Shown here piece after piece: positions 52,648 through 61,311 of a stretch of 64,000 nucleotides of DNA; the stretch's first letter is position 1, and the number at the start of each line of letters is the position of its first letter. Location of the stretch: the NCBI GenBank assembly GCA_918797485.1, contig CAKKNE010000006.1, positions 930,001-994,000 on the forward strand, written 5' to 3'. Below the pieces are notes generated by a model. It saw nothing but the letters and a program-made list of their open reading frames with translations, did no database searches and was not told the DNA's origin. The DNA is from Pelagomonas calceolata (Eukaryota). The translations under genes were made by a program, and so were the position numbers.

Positions 52648-52838
52648 TTGTGCGAAGCGGCGGCTTCAAAACGCATCCATCAGGCTTGCGGGCTGCCCAG
52701 CCCCCCCTTTGGCCTGGGTGCCTATGTAAAGAGGTGCTAGGCGAAAACGCGGATCGCTCGGGTCCCCCCCAGGGGCTACCCAGGGGCTCCGCCCACTAGT
52801 CCTAGCACCGTAACAATAAGGTGGATGGCGGAGCACAA

Positions 52839-55800
52839 TTAGGCATTTTTCACATACGTTGGGAGAGGATAGTCTGCCTCGCGGGCGAGGCGCCCGAGCG
52901 CCTCCGCGCCGACGGACTCGAGGTAGCCACAAGATTCCAAGAACGCCGCGAGGTGTGCTGCGAGCGCGGCGACCGTTCCATTAGTTACGGCCGCCGCGGC
53001 ATCGTCACCAACACGGGGCGCCATGGATTCCAAGGCGTCGGCGTACCGAGCCTGGATGCGGGCGCCGTCGGCGAGCGCGCCGTGGAGGAGGGCGTAAAAT
53101 TGGTCGCGCTCCGAAACGACGCAGGCGCCGCCTTCGCCCCACGGCGCGCACTCTCGCCTCGCGAGCATGTCGCGCCGCCATCCATCGCCGACGCCGTCGC
53201 CAAAACCAGCAGGGTCGTCGACTGCGCGGACCTCGACGAGTGCCATCGCGCCGCCGGCGAGGTGCACGCCAAAGTGGTGTTCGCTCCAGGCTTCACTCAC
53301 CGCCCCGGCGGCGGGACGCGCGCTCGCGGCGTCCGTGCCGGCGCCCGCGACGCCCAGCGCGAGGAGCGCCGCGTCGACGTTCTCGACGAGGAGGTCAAGG
53401 TCGCCGCAGGCGCCGTCGCCGGCGAGGCACGGCCCCGGGTTCCGGTACACGGCGAGCCGCGTCGTGGCGGCCGCGGCGGCGATGGCCTCGGAGAGGTCCC
53501 TCCAACCACACGGCGGCTCCCCGGCCGCGCAGGGCCGCTCGAACACGTGGACCTCGCCGCCCGCGATGGGGTCCGGACCGGGCCTCGCGCCGCGCGCGGC
53601 AACGAGGTCGGCCAGACGCACGCCAGCGAGTAGGAGCGCGTCGCGCCGGGCCTCGCACGCGTCCACGGTGCCGTGGACGTAATCCGGGACGGCGATGCCC
53701 AGGTCGCGAAAGTCCGCCCGGAGCGCGGCCTTGAGCGCGACCGCCCGCGCGTCCGCGGCGCGATTAATCACACCGTCCGTCGCTGCATCTTCGACGGGCA
53801 GCAGGGGTAGCGCGTCGAAGCGCGCGACGACGACGAGCGCCGGCGCGCGCCCGCGCACGAAGCCGCACTTGCCCTCGAGTACGGAATAGGCCAGCGGCTG
53901 GTGGCCGTAGAGGCGCAGGATGCGCGCGCAGGACGGTGCCGCGGCGAGGCGCGCGACGTGGAGGATTTCGGCCTCGGCGGCGATTCGCGGCACGAGGCGA
54001 GGCCACGCGTGCTCCGCGACGCCCCAGAGCACAAAAACGTGAGCGCCGATCGCGGGTTCGGGCGTCGGCGGACACGCGTGATGCGTTTCCGGCGGAGCGG
54101 GGCGCGCGACGACGACGGTCGGGTCCAGCAGGGCGTCGCGCGCCGCCGCGAGCGCGTCCTCGGCGCCGGCGAGCGCGACGGACGACCGCGCGTGCGCGTC
54201 GAGGGCCGCGACCAGCACGGATGCGACATCTTGCGCGCGCGCGTCCGCCCGGGGCGCCGCGAGCTCGACGAGGCGCGCGAGCGCCGCCGCGTCGGACTCG
54301 TCGGCAATCGCATGCGCGTGCAGCGCGTGTTCGCCGACGCCCGGCGTCGCGGAAAGAGCCGGGTCGCGGGCCCATTCTCGACGATCGTCCAGCCGCGCGG
54401 CCCAGCTGAAGTCGACGACGACGACGCGACCCTCCGCGACGAGAACGTTGCCCGCGTGCAGATCCCGATGGGCGACTCGGCTCCGCGCGAGCGCGAGACC
54501 CGCTTTCACGAGGCCGGCGAGCGCCCGAACCGCGCCGGCCTCGTCGAAGGTGCTCACCGCCTCGCGCCAGGCCACGGCGTCGCGGACGCGCTCGGCGGCG
54601 CAGGCCGACCAGACCTGGCCTTCGCACGGCGGTTGGCGTAGCAGTAACCCCCGCCCAAAGAAGCGTGGCGTCGTCGCGGGGTCCTCGCGGGCGACAAGCG
54701 CGCCGTGCGCGCAGTCGCGGAAGGCGACGTCGCTGTCGACGAGTTTGACCTGCACGCGGTCCGTCGTAGACACCGTCGCGGCGTAGTCGATCCACGCGCC
54801 CTCGCGGGGACACGCTATCGCGCCGCAGGTCGGGCCGGTCCAGGTCTCGACCGCGGCGAACGCGGTCGCAACCTCCCGCGCGTCGGCGCCGTGCAAAACG
54901 AAGAGGCTCGCAGTCTCGCGGATCGAGCCGTTTTTGGGGTCCGCTGGCGTTAAAGCCTCGTAGCTCGGCGCGCCTGCCAGGTTCTCGAGGGTCCAGGCGA
55001 GGTCGGCGCGCGCGAGCGAGTTGTTCGCGTCGAGCTTTTCAACGTGCACTCCGAACGCGCCTCCGTGCTCCAGGAGGCGGACGACGACGTCGCGGGCGCG
55101 GTGCTGGGGCGTCGCTTTCGTGGCATCGACAAAAGCGAGGTCGAGCCGCACGAACCCGGCGACGCGCGCGCGCCGGCCGCAGACGTACGGCGGCAGCGGC
55201 ATCTTCGCGCGCGCGCAGCGCGCCACGTGGTCCCGGAGGCCCACCAAGTTCTCGTGCGTACGAACGTCGTCAGCGTCCGGCGCACCCCGGGGCCAGACGA
55301 GCGAGAGGCGCGCGTGAGGAGGGCGCGCGGCCAGCGCCATAGCTAACGCAGGCGCGGTGTCCGTATGGTTGGGCGTGGCGCCGCTTCCGACGTAGAGGAC
55401 GTACGTCGGCTCGCCGGGCGCGCCCCAGGCGAACGACGGGAACGCTCCGGTCCGCCGTCGGCCGCGTCCATCGACCGCCGGCGGCGCCCGGAGCCACGGC
55501 GGCGCGGCGGCGGCGCCGCCCGCGACGACGAGCTCGGTGGCCGCGGCGCAGGCGAGGCTGGTCAGCAGCGAGTGCTCGACCGCGCGCCGCTCAATCGCGT
55601 CCGCTGGAGGCTCGACGACGACGCGCAACCGGTGGTGCGCGAGAGTCCCGCACGCCGCGACGTCGTCGAGCAACAACACCACCCGCTCCGACTCCGTGAA
55701 CGCGCAGTCGCCGCGACCGTGGTAAAAGCTCTGGAGCGACCGGTGGCCGGCCGGGCGCACGACGCGGGCTATCATCGAGACGCAGCACCCGGCGCAGGCT

Positions 55801-56069
55801 TCGACGGCGTGGGCGCCGAGCTCCAGGAACAGTCGAAACGTCCATGCCGTTGCGTTGTCGGCGAGCGGCCGCGCGGACCGCAGCGCCACGGCGGCCACCT
55901 CGCCGCCGACGCGCACGACGGGTGCCGCGACTGCCCCAGACGCGTCGACGACCTCGAACACCAATGCTTCGCCGACGCCGACGGTCGCGTAGCCCGGGCT
56001 TGTGAGGACGAGTAGTCCGTCGCCCCGCGCGCGCGTCGCCAAACATAGCCAGACGGCGAGTCGAAACAT
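52839..56069 (-). CDS. Secreted multidomain protein with kinase-like and nucleotidyltransferase-like domains
   Basis: Signal peptide; 'VQVKLV..VAHRDLHAGNVLV..VVDFSWA' (protein-kinase-like fold); 'AVYRN..GDLDLLVEN..FYALLHGAL'. Confidence 0.7.
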   Translation of the reverse strand: MFRLAVWLCLATRARGDGLLVLTSPGYATVGVGEALVFEVVDASGAVAAPVVRVGGEVAAVALRSARPLADNATAWTFRLFLELGAHAVEACAGCCVSMIARVVRPAGHRSLQSFYHGRGDCAFTESERVVLLLDDVAACGTLAHHRLRVVVEPPADAIERRAVEHSLLTSLACAAATELVVAGGAAAAPPWLRAPPAVDGRGRRRTGAFPSFAWGAPGEPTYVLYVGSGATPNHTDTAPALAMALAARPPHARLSLVWPRGAPDADDVRTHENLVGLRDHVARCARAKMPLPPYVCGRRARVAGFVRLDLAFVDATKATPQHRARDVVVRLLEHGGAFGVHVEKLDANNSLARADLAWTLENLAGAPSYEALTPADPKNGSIRETASLFVLHGADAREVATAFAAVETWTGPTCGAIACPREGAWIDYAATVSTTDRVQVKLVDSDVAFRDCAHGALVAREDPATTPRFFGRGLLLRQPPCEGQVWSACAAERVRDAVAWREAVSTFDEAGAVRALAGLVKAGLALARSRVAHRDLHAGNVLVAEGRVVVVDFSWAARLDDRREWARDPALSATPGVGEHALHAHAIADESDAAALARLVELAAPRADARAQDVASVLVAALDAHARSSVALAGAEDALAAARDALLDPTVVVARPAPPETHHACPPTPEPAIGAHVFVLWGVAEHAWPRLVPRIAAEAEILHVARLAAAPSCARILRLYGHQPLAYSVLEGKCGFVRGRAPALVVVARFDALPLLPVEDAATDGVINRAADARAVALKAALRADFRDLGIAVPDYVHGTVDACEARRDALLLAGVRLADLVAARGARPGPDPIAGGEVHVFERPCAAGEPPCGWRDLSEAIAAAAATTRLAVYRNPGPCLAGDGACGDLDLLVENVDAALLALGVAGAGTDAASARPAAGAVSEAWSEHHFGVHLAGGAMALVEVRAVDDPAGFGDGVGDGWRRDMLARRECAPWGEGGACVVSERDQFYALLHGALADGARIQARYADALESMAPRVGDDAAAAVTNGTVAALAAHLAAFLESCGYLESVGAEALGRLAREADYPLPTYVKNA

Positions 56070-56388
56070 CCGGCTACATCATGCCTATGCCGGGGCAGCT
56101 TCAAAACGCATCCATCAGGCTTGCAGGCTGCCAACTCGTCGCCTCTGCCACGAGACGCACCGGCGGAATCGACGCTGCCGCGCCGCTCGCGGTCAAAAAC
56201 CAGCTCCTCGTCGCCTAGCGCGCCGAGCCACACTGGCTGTGGGCATCGATTTCATCATCTATTTCATCTTTGCTAATTTCGGGTTCGCATCGTGTTCCCG
56301 GGGGGGGTAGCTCAATAAGCGACTCTCTCTCTGAGCCCGCTCCCCGGGAACCCTCCTTCGGGCTAAGACAGCAAGATTTATTTATGAC

Positions 56389-57351
56389 TTACAAATCTAC
56401 TTCTTTCTTTTCTGGGACACAGTGACGTCGCCAGAGGGCGGTGTCGCCCGGGTATATCATTGCGGCGGCGTCGCAGACGGCGGCGGTGGGGCGCGGTCGA
56501 GGCTCCAGTTGTCGGTCGCACGCCGGGTTGTCGGTCTCGAGCTCGCCGAGGCGACAACCCGGCGCATGCGCAGCAAGGATACGTTCAACGTCGCGCCGCA
56601 GCGTCGGTAGGCACGCAATCTCAGCCTCCGCCCCGCCCTGCCCCGACTCGACGTAGTCGCGCTGCGGCCGCGTGAACCCGGGGGGACCCCAGGCTTCGAT
56701 GGACTCGCCGCTTGAAAGAAGGTGGTTTCCCCACGCCGCCGCATTACGAAACGAGTGAATAGCGTGGCCCGGCGGCGACGATCTCCGGAGGTGGTCGTAA
56801 AGGCTCGCTAGGCGCTCGCACGGGTCGCGAAGAGTGACAAAGACCGGGTCGTTTTGGGGGACGTCGTCCCGCGTGACCTCGTGATGCCCCGACAGCCACA
56901 GCTCCAGACCGCACGTTGCCGGATCCCGGCGTCTCGCATCGCCCAGCGCTTCGAACAAAACGCACGACGCGGTCTTAGACACCCGCAAATAGCGCAACGT
57001 CGGCCGCGGGCGCGTGCGGCGGCGCAATTCTGCCAAGACAACCGCGGTGACGCACCGCGCTGAAGCACAGCCCTCGCCAATCCACGTGGAGGGGTCGTCC
57101 GATAGCGTCGAGAGCTGCGTTTCTAGTACCTCGGACGAGGCGGTCGTGTTCTCCAACAGTCCCGCTGGCACTGTGACCGTGTGCTTAACGCCGTTCACAT
57201 CGAGCTCGACGCTGACGCTGCGTTCGGGTTCCGGAGGCACGCGCCCTTCGATTGGCGTCGCGTCCCGCGCAACGGAATCGTTCGCCTCGAGGCGTGGCAC
57301 GGCTACGTTCGCGGCCGCGGCGGCAGTGGTTGCGACCAGGAACCGCAGCAT
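56389..57351 (-). CDS. Secreted sulfotransferase (Sulfotransfer_2-like)
   Basis: 5'-PSB-like 'YLRVSKTASC' (divergent from HIPKTAGT), 3'-PB 'FVTLRDPCERLASLY', 'PQRDYV', 'IYPGDTALW'. Confidence 0.75.
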   Translation of the reverse strand: MLRFLVATTAAAAANVAVPRLEANDSVARDATPIEGRVPPEPERSVSVELDVNGVKHTVTVPAGLLENTTASSEVLETQLSTLSDDPSTWIGEGCASARCVTAVVLAELRRRTRPRPTLRYLRVSKTASCVLFEALGDARRRDPATCGLELWLSGHHEVTRDDVPQNDPVFVTLRDPCERLASLYDHLRRSSPPGHAIHSFRNAAAWGNHLLSSGESIEAWGPPGFTRPQRDYVESGQGGAEAEIACLPTLRRDVERILAAHAPGCRLGELETDNPACDRQLEPRPRPTAAVCDAAAMIYPGDTALWRRHCVPEKKEVDL

Positions 57352-57694
57352 CGCCCCGCGCAGGGAACCCTGTGGATGCCTGCAGATGTCAAGTGGCAGG
57401 GGCAGCCCCTTTATTCCAGTGGCGCTGCATCTTCGTCGCGCATTGACGTTGGGCCAGTAACCGATGCTAGGACCAGACGCAAGGGTCTGTCTATGGCCGC
57501 CGATGATTCTATTGTGCTAGTGTATCAACACACTAGGATTAAAAAACCCGTACCGTCACTGTGTTCCAAGGCCTCATCGCGCCTGGGGCAGCCAAAAAGC
57601 GATTCCGAATGGCGACGCGGCATGGTGTTTCCAAAACGGTCGCCATGAATGAGCCAAGGCGTCCATGGTGTCTGCTCTTCACTCAGGCACCGCG

Positions 57695-59568
57695 ATGAGA
57701 GTGGTACTGCTGCTCGTGCCGGTCGTCGTCGGCCAGGAGCGCTGCTCCATCGAGATTAGCATTGACGGCAGCCCCCAAGTCCTCGAGACGAGCGTACCGC
57801 CGCCGGACCGCGACAAACTCGTAGAGGTGGCAGAGGCCTTCGCGCGGACGCATAAACTCGGGGCGGGGGCGGGCTGCGACAGCACGCAGTGCGTTGCCGG
57901 GCGCCTCGCGGACCAGCTCGCCGCGCGGTGCGCCGTCGACGAGTACCGTACGCGGTCAACGCGCGAGCAGCGCTGCGTGGCGCTCGGCGACCAGCGCGTC
58001 TGTGCGGACCTCGCGCCGACGCTCCTCGGGACGTTCTCTGGTTCCGTAGTAGCGCACTGCCAGATCGGGCTGGCTCGAACGTTTCCCGCGGTCGCGCGGT
58101 CAATTTATGAACATACCGTCAAGCCGCTGGGACGCGGCGACGTCTTCTTCGTCCTTGGCTCGCCGCAGGCGAGTCGCGCGACGGCGCTCGAGTGGCGTGC
58201 GGCCTTCGACCACTTTTCGGTGGCGCAGTTGTTGGTCGCGGACGGGACGGGGCAACTGCAAAAGCTGCAGCTGTGCTTCGCGCACATCGAGGCCGCCGAG
58301 ACGGCCGCCGGGCGTCGCTACGACGCAATCGTGCGCAACCGGCCCGATTTACGGTGGGAGCGGGCCGTGCCCGCGTCCTTGATTTCCCGGACATCGGTGA
58401 CGTACTGCTACGCCTTCGTGGGCGTGTGTCCGCGCGCCTACGTGGATAGCAGCTGGCCCTGCGACGTGCCAGACTCTCCGAACGCGACAACAGCGAACGG
58501 CCATTCGGCGACGCCCGCGTGCGCACCCACGTTTCAGTTCTCGATGGCTCGATCAGCGCCAGCCCAGGAGCGCGCCGAGCGCCACCTCTACAAGGGCTCC
58601 GAACGAGCCCGGCACCTCGCGGCAGCCTTCGAGGATCTGGGTGACGAGCTGTGTGGAAATCCTCAAGGCAAAAGATTCTCAGGATAACCTGACTTACTGG
58701 TTGATTTCCACCCAGGTGACGAGCAGCGCGACGCGGCGCTTGATTTCCTAGCGCTCACGTGTCGCGCGTACGATAGCTACCTGGAAGACTGGGCGCGCCA
58801 CCACGCGCCGCGCAACGGCGCGGGCCGGCTCCTTGCCCGCCACGCGCTCCCGCTCCGAGAAAGTGTTACCGATTTTTTGAAATGGGACCCGGATCACAAT
58901 GACGCGCACGCCCTCTTTGACGCCATCACGCGAGCGGACGAGGCCGGGGCGGTATCGTCGCTGAGGCGCCTCGCGGCGTCGTACGAGACCGAGGCATTAG
59001 GGTACGAACGCGTTGGCGTCGACGGCGCGGGCCCGGGCACGGCCGCTTTCGAGCGCTGGGCTGGTGTTGATGACGCCGTACCGCCGCGCATCTCGTTCCT
59101 GGAGCAGCAGTGCGCGACGCGGCGCGCGTGCTCGAAGCCGGACGGCGCCAAAGGGATCCTGATCGTGTACGCGCGCGAGCTCTGCGCTCGAAGCTTCGCG
59201 GACGACGTCCTCGCGTCGCCGTTTCATTTTAGGGCCCAGCCGCTCATAGACTAGTTTTTTCCCTCTACTATGATTATTTCCGCTCGTTCAACTCCGAGGC
59301 CGCGGTCGCGCTCCAGGTCCTCAATACCGAGGGTGTGCGCCTCTGCGCGCCGCCCGCCGACCTCCGGCTGACGCGTGCGACGGAGCCCAGCGAAAGACGC
59401 TGGGGCGCGTTCAAGCACGGGGGGGATGGCCGCTGGGACGCCGCGGGCATGCCGGCTTCCGAGGCCGTCGCCGACGCGTCGGCGCTCGCACGGGCGTGCG
59501 CCTCGAAGAACCGGTCGTGGGTCGAGACCGGCCGCGGCCACGTACCCTGCGCGTTCGTGATAATGTGA
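57695..59568 (+). CDS. Secreted putative glycosyltransferase-like protein, 3 exons
   Basis: Proposed join(57695..58640,58716..59170,59317..59568); the second donor is uncertain (59165 GT or 59171 GC). 'AHCQIGLARTF..DVFFVL..QLQKLQLCFAHIEAAE..RYDAIVRNRPDL', same family as the N-domain of 31010..32668. Confidence 0.7.
58641..58723 (+). mobile_element. Introner-like element (intron 58641..58715)
   Basis: Perfect 8-bp TSD GTGACGAG (58641-48, 58716-23); TIRs CTGTGTGGAAATC / GATTTCCACCCAG (12/13). GT donor lies in the TSD and the AG acceptor is the TIR end; splicing removes an in-frame TAA. Confidence 0.9.
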
Positions 59569-59713
59569 CACTAAGTTTTATTCCTCAAGGATTGTCCTCA
59601 ACGCGCCCGCGGCGGCGAGAAAGTCGTCGTCGTCCGCGACCGCCTCGAGCTCGCCGAGCGTGTCCAGAAGCCGGCCGTGCGTGGCGCCCCCCAGCAGCTC
59701 CGCCGCCGCCCCG
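59547..59713 (-). pseudogene. Diverged duplicate of the ARMC2-like 3' end and 3' flank (61267..61447)
   Basis: Encodes 'AAELLGGATHGRLLDTLGELEAVADDDDFLAAAGALRTILEE*' versus 'AAELLGAATHGRLLDTLGELVAVADDDDFLAAAGALRTILEV*'. Confidence 0.9.
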
Positions 59714-59741
59714 AGCCTTCTCCAAGCATAGAGAGCATGCG

Positions 59742-59773
59742 CTAGCGGCCTGTACTTACAGGTAAGACACTAG
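59742..59773 (+). repeat. CTAG-bounded intergenic motif, copy 5 (long form)
   Basis: Identical 32-mer to 39437..39468. Confidence 0.85.
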
Positions 59774-60106
59774 CAAGCGCAAGCGCCTTAGCAGCCTGGC
59801 GGAGAATCATTGCGAAGGCCTTTGCGAGGCTGCCCTTGCTTGGCAGCAGTGCTCAAACGACCAATCCACGTCTGCGCCAGGCGCTGTTCCATTGCGGGCC
59901 ACCGATGAGTCGGGAGACTGTGTGTGTGTTGTTATAGCCTAACCCCCTCGCCCGCTAACGAGCGGTTGCGAAAGACGAGACTGTGTTGTGTGGTGCGTGG
60001 CCTCAGGCAATATAGGGGCTGTCTCTAAGACTAGCATATCGAGATCCGGCTGGGCAGAACGCAGGCTTTTAAAATCGGTCTTATTCGTCCGATCAAATAG
60101 CACCGA

Positions 60107-61195
60107 ATGAAGCTCGCTCTCCTCGTCGTGCTCCTCGCGGGCTGCGTCCGCGAAGCGCAATCATCGTCGCAGGGCCAACAGGACGGCATCGTGCGGAGTA
60201 TCTTTGAAGTGATCAGCACGACGAATAGGTACTTCGTCGAGCTCGGTTTCGACGCCGCGAGCTACGAGGACCCGGGCGCGACGGGCAGCAACACGCACGC
60301 GCTGTGGTTGGATGGATGGCGCGGTCTACTGATTGACGGGGACCACGAGAACGAAACGATAAATCTGCACCGCGCGTTCGTGACTTCCAGTAATGTCGTC
60401 GCGCTGCTGCGGAAACTGGGAACGCCGCTCGAGCCGGACTATATAAGTATCGACGTCGACTCGACCGATTTATATATTCTTGAGCGAGTACTAACGACGC
60501 TGCGGCCGCGCGTCGTGACGATCGAGTACAACTCCAACTTCGGCGACGGCGACAGCAGCGCGCTCGCGTTCCCGGACACGGACTGGATGCCGCTCGGCGC
60601 ATCAAAGGGCGCGTTCGCGGCGACTTGCTTTTACGGGTCGTCTGCCTCCGCAATTTATGCCGTCGCCACCGCCGCGGGCTACGTTGTGGTCGGCGTCGTG
60701 TACGGCCTCGACCTCGTGCTGGTGAGGGCGAGCCTCTGGCCACATCCAGGAATTCCGCTGGCGAATTTGACAAAGCGCCTCGACACGTGGCCAGCGATGA
60801 GCGTCGAGGACGCCGCTGCCCTTATTGATCACTCTGTATATGCCGCAGGAGGCTCGCTCTGCGCGGCGCGGCGCGCAGCCGCGATTGCCTTGAGGCGCCT
60901 CGCGCGCGCGCCCAATCTTGAACCCTGTACGTGCTTTTTGGGAGACGCGGACTGTGTACAATTTACGAAGGGCTGCTCGTGCTTCCGCGATTTGGCGGAT
61001 TTGCCCGTGCCCGACTGCGTGGATGTCACATCACCACACGCCGCCGACGTCAAAGCAGTCAGCGTCGAGGGCCACCGCTGGCGGGCGCGCGTCGACCTGC
61101 CGGCGGCCTACCTTGATAGATTAGACGCGTCGTGGTTTCGGACGAGCGTCAAAATCGATGTCGGTCCGGGTGGCGCTACGGAAAAATATGGCTAG
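60107..61195 (+). CDS. Secreted FkbM-like methyltransferase
   Basis: 'SSQGQQDGIVRSIF..YFVELGF..GSNT..GWRGLLIDG..DYISIDVDSTD..PRVVTIEYNSNF..FYGSSASA'. Confidence 0.85.
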   Translation: MKLALLVVLLAGCVREAQSSSQGQQDGIVRSIFEVISTTNRYFVELGFDAASYEDPGATGSNTHALWLDGWRGLLIDGDHENETINLHRAFVTSSNVVALLRKLGTPLEPDYISIDVDSTDLYILERVLTTLRPRVVTIEYNSNFGDGDSSALAFPDTDWMPLGASKGAFAATCFYGSSASAIYAVATAAGYVVVGVVYGLDLVLVRASLWPHPGIPLANLTKRLDTWPAMSVEDAAALIDHSVYAAGGSLCAARRAAAIALRRLARAPNLEPCTCFLGDADCVQFTKGCSCFRDLADLPVPDCVDVTSPHAADVKAVSVEGHRWRARVDLPAAYLDRLDASWFRTSVKIDVGPGGATEKYG

Positions 61196-61311
61196 GCCTG
61201 TCTTGTGTAACTGCCGCATACCCTGCACTAACTTGAATGTACCGTGACCGCATGCGGTACATTAGTCTGCGCGCTCGTGATAATGTCACCGTATTAATGT
61301 GACACTTAATC

